Assembly: GCA_000182565.2 (NCBI GenBank) | Contig: KQ257460.1 | Length of the DNA stretch: 64,000 nt | Direction: 5' to 3' (one strand) | Source: Spizellomyces punctatus DAOM BR117 | Lineage: Eukaryota | Shown here: one piece after another, positions 35,677 to 48,812 of the stretch | Numbering within the stretch: position 1 is the first letter of the stretch | How the letters are laid out: every line of letters starts with the position of its first letter | Notes under the pieces: generated by a model | Databases searched by the model: none | Seen by the model: the letters and a program-made list of their open reading frames with translations, nothing else | Told to the model about the DNA's origin: nothing | Translations under genes and position numbers: made by a program

Positions 35677-38600
35677 TTATAACAGAATACAGCCACCTTT
35701 AGCCTTTGGAGCTGGAACGTCGTCCTTTGATGGAAGAGGCTCAGATGTGATTTCTGATCTCTCATCCAAAATACCATCCTGACGAGGAGGTGGAACAGTT
35801 TCGGCGGGGGAATAATGTTCTTCAGCATCTGCATTTTGCAGGAAGCTTTCGGCGGGAACCACAGGTTCAGTAACGGACTCCCCGTCAGAGTCCTCGATAA
35901 TAGGAGACTGCGGCTCTGCAGGCTCTGGAGCTTGTGAGATACTTTCCGTGGAAACCACAGGTTTAGCCACGGACTTGCCAACAGACTCTTCGATAATAGA
36001 TTCTTCGGGCTCTGGAACTTGTAAAGCGCTTTCCGCAGAAATCACAGGTTCAGCCACGGACTTGCCAACAGACTCTTCGACAATAGGAGAATGCTGCTCT
36101 TCAGGCTCTGAAGTTTGTGAAACGCTTTCCGTAGAGATCACAGATTCAGTAACAGGCTCCTCAAGAGGCTCTTCCTCCACAGTAAGCTCACGCGCGGCGT
36201 CAACGACATCTGCTGGGGTTGCCATGCACGCTACCTCTTCATTGGGTTGCTCAGCAGGTTCTTCGCGACGGACAGCTGTCTCCGAAACTTCTGGCTCAGT
36301 TTCCATATGGACATGGGTGTCTTCTGCGTCTCCAACATTTACCGGCGCGGTGCGGAGCGTCTCTTCTGCAACACCTTCAACCTCCGTGGCAATTGTGTTC
36401 ACTACCGCTTCGACAACAGATTCCTGTTCTGATGTCCCAAAAGCTTCTTCCGGTGCGGTTATTCCAACCTCCCTTTCGATGGGTACTGCGACAGCGTCCT
36501 TGAGTAGCTCGTTCGCCACCACAGAATCCGTGCTGTCCACTGACTCGCCAGTTTGCTCTGCTGCGAATGTTTCAATCTTCTTCAGTGATTCTTCTGCGGC
36601 TGGCTCGGTGTCCTTCACAGTCCCCTCAACTTCAGAGATAGTCTCCGAGCCAGCTGGACTAATGATTTCGCATACCGCTTCAATGAGTTGATCCTGTAGA
36701 GCTACATTCTCAACCGAGCTAGGCTCCACGTCCGCACCCAAAACATCACCAATAGTCGACACAAGGACGCTGTCTTCCTCTGCTGCGTCTTTGGCAGATT
36801 CTAGTGTATTCGACTGAATGACGCTCTCTTCAGGCAGTTCAATCACATTCTTGAGCTCCGGAACTTCTGATGCAACAATGTACAGGGAAGTCGGAGGTTG
36901 CTCGGGCTCTACTTCAACTTGGGGGACTTCCATTGGTTGTTCACCGATTGTCACTTCTTCACCAGCAGTAATACCCTCATCGACCTCGGCCACTTCGGAT
37001 GATTGCTTCTCTGTCACTGCCTCCTCCAGCTCGGCTTGAGGAATCTCGCGGAGAGTCTCAACAGTAGGCTGCACGTTGCCCTGCGTATGATCTGCGGGGA
37101 GTCCTTCATGTATCTGCACCTCTGCAGCCTCAGATGGAAGAGGCGTTTCATCAGTCTGTACCTCCTCAACCGCTGTCTGCGATGCAAAATCTATTCCCTC
37201 CGCAGAGATGCCTTCAGTGGCCGGCTCCCCTTCAGCAGCAGTGTCCTCCATAGAGACCACGGCATCGTCGTCCACAAGAGCCCTTTCAACCGGCTGGACC
37301 TCAGCCACTGCTTCTGAGACATAATCTGCCCCTTCCGCCGGGATAACCTGAGGGGCCGGTGTTTCGTCATTACCTTCCTCCTCCACCGGGCCGTCAGCGG
37401 TTTGGCTCTGGTCCAGATCGTCATCATCGGTCTTCTCTTCAAGTTCTCCATGATCTTGCATCATATTGACCTTTTTGCTTGGCGTAGCGGGGGTAGTCAG
37501 CGGTGTATCGTCCGCTCCTCTTTTGGCAGGGACGACAGTCTCCTGGAAGACTTCGTCACACGTTCTTTTGGCTGGGATGACAGTACTAGTATCGTCTGAC
37601 GCCAAGACTGCCGGTTCCGTGGGCGACTGGTTCCCCTCGACAGGGGAGATCGCTGTCGGTACCCCTTCCACGGGGTTGGAGGGTGACTCGCTGGTATCCA
37701 TGAAGCCTGCCGCTGGTACAACAGAAAGAACATCGGCAATGACGGGAATAGTATCGTCGCCATTACCTTTTTCTGTCTCTTCACTGGCAGCGACAACTGG
37801 GTCTGCGTCACCCACTTCTTTTGCCTGCTGCTCTTCATCAAGCTCCAAAGTGCGCCGCCAGTGAGCCTCGTATTCGTAGGACAATTTCAGATGCTCATTC
37901 ACTGTTTTTTGAGCTTCATCATCGGCTTCAGCTGTGAGCTTGTCCTCAGTGGATTCCACAGCATCCAGGCCGGTGTCTAAGTGACTAACGTCGTGAGTAA
38001 CCTCGTTGGAAATTGCGGCATGTCCAGCAGCATCAGAAATATCCTCCTCTGTAGCTATTTCACGATTGCCTTCTCCTTGAGCAGCCTCTGCCTTCAGCGC
38101 ATCTTTCCAATAGGCCTCATACTCGTAGGAGAGCCTCAAATGCTCATCCACAATTTTCTGTGCGTCCACAACGTGTTCATCCGCGTCTGCTACCTTTGGC
38201 ATACCAGGCTCCTCATCATTGACCGCTTTCTGGAGCGACGGTGATGGTGCGGGATCAATGAGTGGTATCCTCTTTGGAATGGCATCCCAATTACCAGGTT
38301 CGTCCTTGACAAGTATCTCAAATGGCTCTGAGGCTTCAAATTTAAGGGGTTGGTCCCCGGGAACTGGAAGCTCCAATTTCCAGGAGTGCAACATGGTACG
38401 GAAGGCTTCCTCGGTATGTGGTCGTTCGTAGGCTGGATCCCCGATGATAGGGTGTCCGATGGAAGCCAGGTGCACACGAAGCTGGTGACGGCGGCCCGTC
38501 CGGGGACTCAACATAACGTGAGTAACCGGGTATGTGAGGAAGTATCCACGCTTCAATACTTGCACTCGCGTTTCCGATGGTTTACCAGGATTTTCTTCGG

Positions 38601-39652
38601 TACCATCAGCAACTATGACGCGCTTCTCGTCCGTGGGATCATCAGTCAATGGTTTGTCAATAAGAAAATCGTCCTCCACTATGTGACCCTTGACCAACGC
38701 GGAGTAGGTCTTTTTCACTTGTCGGCGAACGAAGCATTTTCCGGCAACGCTCGCAGCCTTTTTGGACAAACCCCAACAATGGACTCCCGACGTGACATAG
38801 TCGAGCTGGTGAAGTAGGTATAGCTTCTTGTGCTCAGTGAAATGAGCATATAAGAGAGATTCGGATGTGGGACAGCTAGTCGTATCTCCGTCAATACGCA
38901 AATCCCATGGCTTGTTGGTAATGAGGTACGTATCGGGTTGGTAATAGAGAACCTCGATATCATAATTTCGCTGGTAGCGAGGATCATATCCTGGAACTAC
39001 AATGGGTGGGCTGGGTGACGGGCTCAAGGAGGTTGTGTCGACGAGTGCGACTACCTCAACAGACGTAGATTCGCTTTCGCTATCCGCAGGATCCGAGTCT
39101 GTAGACGCAGAGCTGTTAACGGCAAGCACAGCAATGTTCTCTTGTGCGTGCTGGGTTGAGCGTATGAGGTCGCTCTCCGGGATAGTCTCCGGCATAGAAG
39201 ATACGATAGGAGTCTCCCTTTCAATCTGGCTAATCGGCTCCTCCACCATCGCCTCTTCCACTGTTTCTATATGCGGGTTAGCAAGGTCCTCTTGGATGGA
39301 CTTTTCCGTATTATCGTTCGCAAAATCCTCCTGAATGGGACTCTCCTCTACAACAATGCCTTCCTCAACCTTTTGCTCCAAAATCGGTACATTGATATCA
39401 CTCTTCAAAGGAGTTAACTGTTGCATAGGCTGCTTTGCTCCGACTGTCTCCAAAACGGCGGATGCAAAAGATTGCGGGGGACCTTCCAGTTCGTCCGTGA
39501 CCATGGTACCTAGTCCAGACAATATCTAGTAAGAGTGTTAGCATCGTTATTAGTTCACTCATACAAGTAGTTTAACAATCGCGTACCGATTGGCTGAGAA
39601 ACTTGGTGAGGAAAACTAGTGGCAGCCACCATCTGACGTTCCGACTCAACAT
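35677..39652 (-). CDS. RluA-family (RPUSD1-like) pseudouridine synthase with long acidic low-complexity flanks and C-terminal CaaX
   Basis: NKPWDLRID, catalytic HQLDYVTSG (RPUSD1-type HQLD), KKTYSALVKG, TGRRHQLRVHLASIGHPIIGDPAY, RTMLHSWKL. A short upstream exon MLSRNVRWWLPLVFLTKFLSQS joins in phase via GTACGC..CTAAC..TAG. Ends KAKGGCILL*. Confidence 0.88.
35810..36170 (-). repeat. Degenerate coding tandem repeat, about 4 copies of ~81-90 bp
   Basis: Peptide units like EESVGKSVAEPVISAESALQVPEPEE; DNA GCCACGGACTTGCCAACAGACTCTTCGA recurs at ~35966 and ~36053. Confidence 0.75.
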
Positions 39653-39765
39653 ATCGAGGTGCGTTGTTGCCATAGATACCAGTAGGTTGGTATCGGACAA
39701 CGCGGGCAGGTTTCATTTTTGTTCCAGTTGGACAACGGCAAATCCTTGAACATCTTGGCTTCAGC

Positions 39766-41517
39766 ATGATCGATATCAACCTTCTACGAGTGGACAAGGG
39801 TGGGAACCCCGACGTTGTTCGTGAATCGCAACGTAAGCGTGGAGGTGGCGCGAAGGTCGCTCTTGTGGACGAAGTAATTGCGTTGGACGATGATTGGAAG
39901 AAGGGTAAGGCACCTCAGTGGTTTCCCCTGGAACTTCTTTTGTTTGATCAAGTTGTGGTATTCTTTATTGGATAGCCCGATTCCAAGCCGATGAGGTAAA
40001 CCGCAAAATCAACGCAATTGGTAATGAGATCAAAAACTTGGCAAAGGCAAAGAAGAAAGACACACCAGAGTGGGATCAGCTTCAAAAGCGAAAAGCAGAG
40101 GCAGAACTGGAAAAGGTTGAAGCGAACCGTATTTCTGACGATAAAGAGAAAATCCTGCATCAGAAGCTTGGCTTGATCGGTAACCTGGTCCATGACAGCG
40201 TGATTGACTCATCCGATGAAAGAAACAACGGGTTGATAAAATCGTGGTGGCCCGAGGGACGAACGGAAAATGCCGAGATAGAGAAAAGGAAAGCTTTGGG
40301 AGGGAAAGACGCAAAAGGTGTCCCTGGACTGTACAGTCATCATGAAGTCCTGGAACGCATCGCTGGCTACGACTCACAACGAGGTAGCGTCGGATTGCCT
40401 TAAATTCTTGGGAATGGATTTGTTTAAGTTGATGGTGTATCGCTTTCAGGGACCAATGTTGCTGGTCATCGCGGTTACTTCCTGACCGGCCCCGGCGTTG
40501 ATCTCAATCTCGCCCTCATTCACTACGGATTGGATTTCCTTGAAAAACGTGGCTACACGAAGCTGTGGACTCCATACTTTATGAAAAAGGATCTGATGTC
40601 CAAAACTGCTCAACTCGAAGAGTTTGACGAAGCCTTGTACAAAGTTGGAGAGGGATCTTCGCAATCGGAGGTCGACGGTGACGAAAAGTACCTAATTGCC
40701 ACCAGCGAGCAACCGATCAGTGCCTTCCATGCTGGAGAGTGGTTCACAGAACCGGAAAAGGAATTGCCCAAGAAGTATGCTGGACAGTCCACATGTTTCC
40801 GGAAAGAGGCGGGTGCACACGGAAGAGACACATGGGGCATCTTTAGAGTGCACCAGTTTGAAAAAGTGGAGCAATTTGTATTGACTGACCCAGAGAAGAG
40901 TTGGGAGATGCATGAAGAAATGCTGGCTACCGCGGAAGAATTCTATCAGAGTGTATGTATCCTGGTGGCTTCATGCTTTTTTAAGAGCCGGCTGTAATTT
41001 ACAAACTGTCATGTGCAGCTCGGCCTACCTTACCAAGTGGTTTCCATTGTGGCTGGAGCACTGAACAACGCTGCAGCGAAGAAGTACGATCTGGAGGCGT
41101 GGTTCCCCTTTCAGAACGAATATAAGGAGCTCGTTTCATGCAGCAACTGTACAGATTATCAAAGTCGCTGCCTGGAAATTCGCGTGGGAGCCAAGAAATT
41201 GAATGACCAAACTAAGAAATATGTCCACTGTCTCAATTGTACATTGACTGCAACGGAAAGGACAATCTGCTGTATTTTGGAAAACTGGCAAACGGAAGAG
41301 GGTGTTGTTGTGCCACCTGTATTGAGACAGTACATGGGTGGTAAAGAGTTCTTCCCGTTTGTGAAAGAGCTGCCTGGAGGCAAAAAGGTACGCTTATTTC
41401 TGAGAAGCTTGATTGTCTCTCATTGGGCTCACCTGATCGGTTTCTTTTGATTAGGGAGGTAAAGGAGGCAAAGGTGCGGATGATTTGGCGAAAGGAGTCA
41501 ACAAGATGACGGTTTAA
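39766..41517 (+). CDS. SES1: Cytosolic seryl-tRNA synthetase, 5 exons
   Basis: [87 protein letters not shown]. Confidence 0.97.
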
Positions 41518-41721
41518 GTTTTAGATTAGACGGTAGATAAATTGTAGTATAGCTATTCCCCCGCACTATGGCGAAAGATATCATGAGGATTTGTAATTTT
41601 CAGAGCCAAAGTTTCAGGGGATGGAAATGGGTTTCCTCAACTGCTCCTCAACACAACACCATCCTGCATGTATTTATATTGTCTTTGCCAACTTCGGACA
41701 GTAGCTGAACGCCCTGTCCAG

Positions 41722-44700
41722 TTAGATATCCGGTGGGGCAGCACCGCCTCCATGACTTGCTTTTGGCGACATTGGCAACTTCCTATCTGTTTCTGACCCT
41801 CTCCGTGACCCTCCCTCTCCGTACACTGGGCTGAAAGCCCCATATCGGTTTTCACTAAGGTTCGGCGATATATATCCACTGCCATATGCATATCTTGGGT
41901 TCATCCCTTGCGGGGTTGGTTGTCTATGTCCGATTGGTGGCTCTGGAGCTTTCAAGCTGGTTTGACTAGTGGACGATGTCCCAAGTCCAGCATTTACTGG
42001 GTGGTTAGTGTTCTCGTGTTGAGGACCGCTGCTCCCATCGTGGAAGTTTGCATAAGATGAATGTCCCATTGGTGCCGGCGAGGCAGGCTGGCCGGACAAA
42101 TAGACAGGTCAATTACCGGTAGACTCACGGGTATAGGGTGAGAGCTGCATACTCACCTTGAGAATTTTAGGTTCGGCATTGCTACTTGTTCCAAACGTAG
42201 CTGTTGGGATGAAGTTCATGGCCGGCGCAGGGCTGCTGGTACCACTTTTATTGCCATCTGGGTTGAAAACGTCTACATACCGATTCCGTGCACCTCTCCG
42301 TCCAGCACCAGATCGCTTGCCTGCCAGTGCAGCGCCAAACGCCGGATTGTCTAGAGCGGGTGACGGAGCCGGTGACGGCTGAGCGGAGCCAGGTGCACTG
42401 GGCGGGCGGGAAACATCCGCATTTACAGGTGCTCCAGAGGCAGGTGGGAGTCCTTACCATGCGGACAACGGAATGAAATTGGTACTGGGTAACATCCCGA
42501 CACGACAGCAGAGGGCAATATGACTTACCAGGAGTTCCCAACCTCGAGACCGGAGCCGACATCGACTTTGCCATTGGCGGCGGCGGTAGTTCTGTACTCT
42601 GTTCTTCCTTCGCATCCGCATTTTTATTCACCCACTTTTTCTTCTTCTCATCATAGTAGAAGGCATTTTTCTCCCCAAGGTTAGCCTTTTTCGGGCCAGA
42701 CCCTTCTTTTGTTTGTGCATCATCACTTCCTCGACGCCGCCCCGAGAATAACGATCCGAAAGCCGAGAACAGTCCTCTTGACTTGCTTGCATCGGATTTA
42801 GCAGCCTCGCTTTCTGATTTACTTTGCTCTGCTGGTTGTTCAGTTGACGTAGGTTCGGTAGCGGTTGTCTGAGTTGAAGCTTTTTCCTTGTCCCGTCGCA
42901 CAGCTGAATTACCTAGTCCCAACGGATCTTCTTCTTCTATGACACCAGCGGGAGCTGGTTGCGATTGCGACTCAGGTACTGCCGCTTGTGCCTGTTGAGT
43001 GACTTGCTGCGGCTCGGCATACGAACCGCCGTAGTATGAATTCCATTGGACCGGCTGTGTTTGCTGCGTTGATGAGCTTTCCTTCTGGTCCGAGACGGCC
43101 AATTCATCAGTTCCAAAGCCCTGCTCGTATGAAGGGTAACCGAATTGGGCCGAATTCTCGGGTAGTTGACTATACTCCCCTTGGATTCCCCCCTGTGCAT
43201 TTTGCTCCCCGTATGAATATTGCGCATAGCCCGTCTGTGATTGATCGTAGTGCTGCGGTGCGTATTCAGGTTGGTAATACCCCTGCTGGTCATACTGTTG
43301 CTGCAGACTTTGGTCTGCTTCTCCAGCTTCATTAAGAGGTTTTCCATCGTGCTGTCCTGCAAGCGTTTGATCCGATCCAGTTTGTTGCGGTGCATTGTGT
43401 GCAATATCGGCATACGCTTGCTGATGGGGTTCGCCGGCGTAGCTCTGGTCATTGTATCCATACTGCTGATACCCATACGATTCTTGGCCTTGTCCTTGCC
43501 ACGCGAGAGCCTGGTCTCCATGTCCTTGCCAATCGTTTGTATCATGACCGTACCCTGTCGCGTAGCCATATCCGTTTTGAGTGACGGAAACCGGCTCGGT
43601 ACCATTAGCCGCCTCCTGGCTTGTTACAGCTGTCGCCCCGTCATAGTTGTTCGTAGCGGAATATGGTTGATGATAAAACATCGGTACTGTTGCAACTGAC
43701 ATCGCGCCCTGATCTACGGCAGCATATCCCGCTCCTGCTAGTTGAGAATACCCTGCTTCCCCGGGCTCTGCGCTGATTACGGGTGTGGAGGATGGTCTTG
43801 GGTCCACTGGCAGAGTCATGGGTGAAGCGCTTCCATACAGAGGGGCTGACAACGGCCCAGGTGTGGTTCTGCCAACGTGCCCAGCAGACGATAATGGTGT
43901 AGCGGCTGCTGCAACGGAGGTAGCAGTGTCCGCTTCCCCAAGCGCGTTGTTCATAAACCTGTCCAAGCCACGAGCTCCAATACTACTAAGCTTACTCAAC
44001 CAGCTACTGCCTTCCTTCTCGGAAGTCACATTTCCAGACTGAGCGGCGGCCAGCCGGCCACTCAGTAGGCCCAGAACCTCTCCAAAAGTACGATGGAAAT
44101 AGGGACTACCCCGTGCGTATGTTTTGACCACATGCTCGACGCTCTCGCAGTACTTTGCCGCTTGTTCATTCAGACCAAGATCAGCCAGTAGAGAGGCGTA
44201 CCATATTTTGAAGGCCTGCAAATGAGGAAGGCTGTTGGCTACACCGAGATTATTCCATAAGCTTTGGGAAAATTCAAAGATCTCGGTTTTCTGCAAGGCG
44301 TCCAAGGAACGGAAGAAAGTTCCCGGGTATGTACGGTGATCTGCACCTAGCAACACTACGCGGGCCTGTGGCGAATCAATCCCTCCAACAGTGTTCGGCA
44401 GCGATGCCAAAAGATAACTAGGATTCAAACCATGACATCATCCATCCGAGTGTAGTTCAGATTAAGGTTGAAAGCAAACTTACCAGCATTGTGCGGCATT
44501 CTTCTTCCCATAGGAGTGCAGCCGGTCACCCAACATTGCAACCGCGCTCAAATCGTTGGGAGTCCGATTTGACAAGATAAGGCAGAGGATTTCTCCCCAC
44601 TTGGAAAGATACTGTAAAGATGGAGTTACTTGGCCTTCGGCAATTTCAGGAAGAAACTCCCCAACTGCATAAAAGGTAGTTCGGTCAATGACAAAATTCG

Positions 44701-47700
44701 CAAAGTGATGCGCAAAACATAACCTTACTAGCGGTTGGGCCCATGCCTCCAAAGAGAGCAAACAAAACTCGGAGTCCAGGTCTATCCACATGCTCTACTG
44801 CACCGCCCGTTCTTCCTTCATTGGTACTCAAGCCACCCGCGGTAAACTCGGAACGAGCAAACTGCATGATAACGTCGCAATAAGTCTCCTTGCTGATATT
44901 GGTAGCAACTACTAATGCGTGTGGCCAGAGATTCGCTCCAACTGCCAGGTTGCATGCTCCCTCTCGATCTCCTTGCACAAGAGCTGCCTGTATTCTGTCC
45001 ATGACAGAGCCTTCGAAAAGGGTTGGAACAGCAAGCACCTCCCGGATTTGTTGGGTGATAGAATCTATCTTCGCCGCCCTAATCATATCAAAACCATGAG
45101 TCACAGCAAATATGCGTTCCAAATCACTTTTGTAAACTTACGGCGCAGATAGAAGGGTCCCATCGTTGTCAACAAGCATCTTGATCAATTTGACCAAGGC
45201 CACGCCATCTTCAAGCTCATCCAAGGCCTTATCCTCGTCCACGGACGCTCCCATTCCATCCCGTAACTTTGCCTGCAAGTCAGTCGCGGCTCTGTCGCGA
45301 TCAGTCTCAGCGGCTTTTATCATGTCCTCGGCAAACTTCAGCACATCCTTCTTCTTGTGTTTGATTTTTGACCCCACCAATGGGCCAGGCACCTTTAAAA
45401 TTTCCTGTATCCACGCATTGTCGACAACCTTGTGCACGGGGATCACACACATCGGCCCAGGATACGATTTTTCCATCATCGATGGTCGACCCTGTGAATC
45501 AGTTATGTAGCGATTCTGCCGCTTGGGTCCAGTGATGAAAAGTTTTCCACCAGAACCGAAAACAGCGACGCAGTGCCCACGATGACGACCAAGAGGATCC
45601 TGAAATTCGGGTGCCTGCGGCTCTGAAGGTAACTTTACTCCGTAAGTTGAACCCTGGGCATTCGGGTACTGGTGCGGAACCGGGGATGCACGCCCGTGCG
45701 AATCGGTACCTGGATAAGCTGAAGCATAGCCCGATAACCCTGTTTGACCGTACATTGGCGTCTTCGTCCGCCGTGGTGCGCTGCTACGATAGATATTTGT
45801 ACCCGTCGTAGTAGACGTCACCGCAGATAGACTGGGAGGAACGGAAGGGGGACGTCCAATGTCTCCGACAGACTCGACTCCTGGAGTAGTCGTGCGAACC
45901 GGGACACCCGGTGTGGTGGTGCGAAATGGGGCCTCGTGGCCCCCGTATTGTCGAAACACCCCCGGATCACGCGGTGGATTGCTCGAGAAAGAGGCGAGCC
46001 CAGCTATGGAAGTTCCGCATTTGCTGCAAAAATTTGACTCGGTGTCGTTCCTCTTGCTGCATTTCGGACATGCAATGTATTCCAGTCGATTTGACACGCT
46101 GCTATTAACACTTACATTGCTCCGTTGATCGAAATCTGGAGACATGATTTGCGCGCTATTTAAAGACTGCGTTGACTGTGAAGGCTTCATACTCAGATCC
46201 CCGTTTGCTTGGGATGTCCCATTCTGCCCTTCCATGTAATGTCCATATGCCGGTAAATCGTTGGGTTCCATAACCCGTGTTGAACCAAAGGCACTGTAGT
46301 TTCCGTAGTATCCCTCCTGAAGACTTCCCTCTTCATGCGAAGATGTTCCGGACACGCCATAGGTATGGGAGGCTTGTGTTGGGTCAGGTATGTCGGTTCC
46401 AAAGTCACTGTAGTTTCCGTGGTATACCCCCTGAAGACTTCCCTCCTCATGCGACGATGTTCCGGACACGCCATAGGTATGGGAGGCTTGTGTTGGGTCA
46501 GGTATGTCGGTTCCAAAGGCACTGTAGTTTCCGTGGTATACCCCCTGAAGACTTCCCTCCTCATGCGACGATGTTCCGGACACGCCATAGGGTTGAGAGG
46601 CTTGTGTTGGACCAGGGATGTCGGTTCCAAAGGCATTGTAGTTTCCGTGGTATCCCCCCTGAAGACTTCCCTCCTCATGCGAAGATGTTCCGGACGCGCC
46701 ATAGGTATGGGAGGCTTGTGTTGGGTCAGGTATGTCGGTTCCAAAGGCACTGTAGTTTCCGTGGTATCCCTCCTGAAGCCTTCCCTCCTCATGCGAAGAT
46801 ATTCCGGACACGCCATAGACATGGGAGGCTTGTGTTGGGCCAGGTGTCTCGCTTCCAAACCCTTGAGCAAATGTAGAGACGTCGGACAGCAAATCCATGG
46901 AATCACGATGAGCTCCGCTAGATACATAAAAACTGTCACTAGCTGATGCCAGGGGGGTCTGAGCGGCCACAGCAGGGTCTTCCGAATAATATCCGAGCAC
47001 GCTCGGGTGTGAAGCGTCCGTGGACACACCCGGCAAGTCGTTGCCGGCTGGCGATGGGATCGGGAACGTGGAGTCACACAGTGAAGTCGTGGATGTGGGT
47101 ATGATCGAAGTCTGACCAACGCACGCCTCATTCCCACCATTCGCTCCAAGAACCAGATCGTCCAGATCGTCCAAGCCTACATCAGGCTTCCCAGCATCCT
47201 GACCCTTTGGTGGATTTCCCATGGAAGATGCACTATAATCGAACAAGCCATATTTCCGTGCGTTCGTGTCCACGTCCTCAAAGTCGGCGTGATGAGAAGG
47301 TGATGCTTGCTCTATGGTGGTAGGAGCATATATGTTTTTCGATTCAATATTCTCCGAGCTGGTCACCGGCTCGGAACCTGTCCCTGGCGTAAAGATTGTA
47401 GCAGATTGTGAGATTCTGCCTGTTGAAACCAAGACATCTTCCACCATAGTCATCATAGATGCTTCATCCTCTTGGGCAAACGGATTCAACATCTTGGCGG
47501 AGAAAAATGCTGGTGTTTCCATGAAGGCACCTTCCGCGTTTTCAGTAACAGAAGGAATAATAGCCGGAGTCTCCACGGACACCTGATCCTTGAAGCTCTG
47601 ACAAGAGTCCTCATGTCTGGCCGCCAAATGATTCTTTTCGTTAAGCAAAGGCTTACCCTGGACGCTAGCTGAATCAGTTGAATCAACACTTGAGGTGGAA

Positions 47701-48812
47701 ACGATGGTAGATGGCTGGGTATGCCCGGGATGTGCAGGTGCGGGATGTGCTATCTTCGGCTCTTGATACTTCACTGTAGATGCAGGCGTGGCGACCCAAG
47801 TGTCGATAGAATGTACTGGTGTAGAGGATTGTGCGGAAGGAACGGCATTCAGCTGACCCGAAAAGTCATACTGAAGACCCGTGTTGGGATCCGTCCATGA
47901 ATACTGGGAAAAGTCTGTTCCATTCTGCTGATTGGCAGATGTATCGCTCCCGCTATAGCCTGCATCGGCTGCAGCTGGCTGGCTGATTGAAGGTCCGCTA
48001 GGTGCTTTGTGCTTTGATTGCATTTGGTTGGTAACTGCAGTCGGAGGAGCTGAGGTAGGTGGCTGCGTCCAAGTTGTGGAGGCGCTAGAGACAACCGGCT
48101 TTATCGTCTTCGACAGGTCAGTCCCCTGGACCTTCACGGAGTTCGTCTTCTGCGTACTGGAAGCCAAGCGTTGGTCACTATTGATAGACTCCGATGCTGT
48201 CGCAGCTTTTGGCTTTCGGGCCAAGCTAATATCAAAAGCATCCAGCATTTTATTGCTACGACTTGAGCCCGGGCTTGTCACAGGTTCAGAACTGTTAAGG
48301 CCAAAGTCGTCAAAAAAGGAAGACCCGTTCACTGTCTCAACTTTGGGTGCGGACGACATTCGAGCTTGCGGAGGGATATATGTGGAAGAGGCAGTGATGG
48401 GAGCATGAGTACTTGATTTACGGACTGAGACCGACGAATTCGTCACTTGGAAAGGATCGGCACCACTTCCAAAGGCGTCTACAAAGGTTCTGTTACTCTA
48501 TGTTCTACATATGCCGACAGTGCATGTCGGGTCCTTGAAACTATCGACACCATACGTACCAGCAGCGCTGCCAGAAAAGAGACTTGAAGCGTCACCTGCC
48601 AATTCGGGTTGAATTGTAACTGGGGGTTTAGTTGGTTGTGTACTGCTACGGGCCGAGAAGGATGTGCTAGGGTGAACAGACGTCGCAGAGGAAGAGGCTG
48701 GGATAGTCGAGCTGAATAAGTCGTTGGCTCCTCCAGCAGCTGCGGCACCTCCAAAGAATGGAATGGGTCCTTCTGAAACCGGATGCCCTCTCTGATGCTG
48801 GTGTCGGTGCAT
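41722..48812 (-). CDS. SEC16: COPII/ER exit-site scaffold Sec16, multi-exon
   Basis: HCVAVFGSGGKL, PGPLVGSKIKHKKKDV, LVQGDREGA...LWPHAL, W.EILCLILSNR, LGDRL, LLGADH, TEIFEF, PHLQAFK, and C-terminal KANLGEKNAFYYDEKKKKWVN. The start at 48812 is inferred from an in-phase GTACGT..TTGTAG intron. Confidence 0.9.
46285..46860 (-). repeat. Coding tandem repeat, 5 x 114 bp (38 aa), inside SEC16
   Basis: GGTTCCAAAG recurs at 46395, 46509, 46623 and 46737 (114-bp period); unit FGTDIPDPTQASHTYGVSGTSSHEEGSLQGxYHGNYSA. Confidence 0.95.

Noticed and set aside
35948-39529. Several Ser/Thr-rich plus-strand ORFs resembling mucins
   Set aside because: They are antisense to Glu-rich codons of the pseudouridine synthase gene.
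46193-47149. Long alternative-frame and antisense ORFs over the SEC16 repeat
   Set aside because: By-products of a 114-bp stop-free repeat unit. The units are contiguous with no spacers, so this is also not a CRISPR array.
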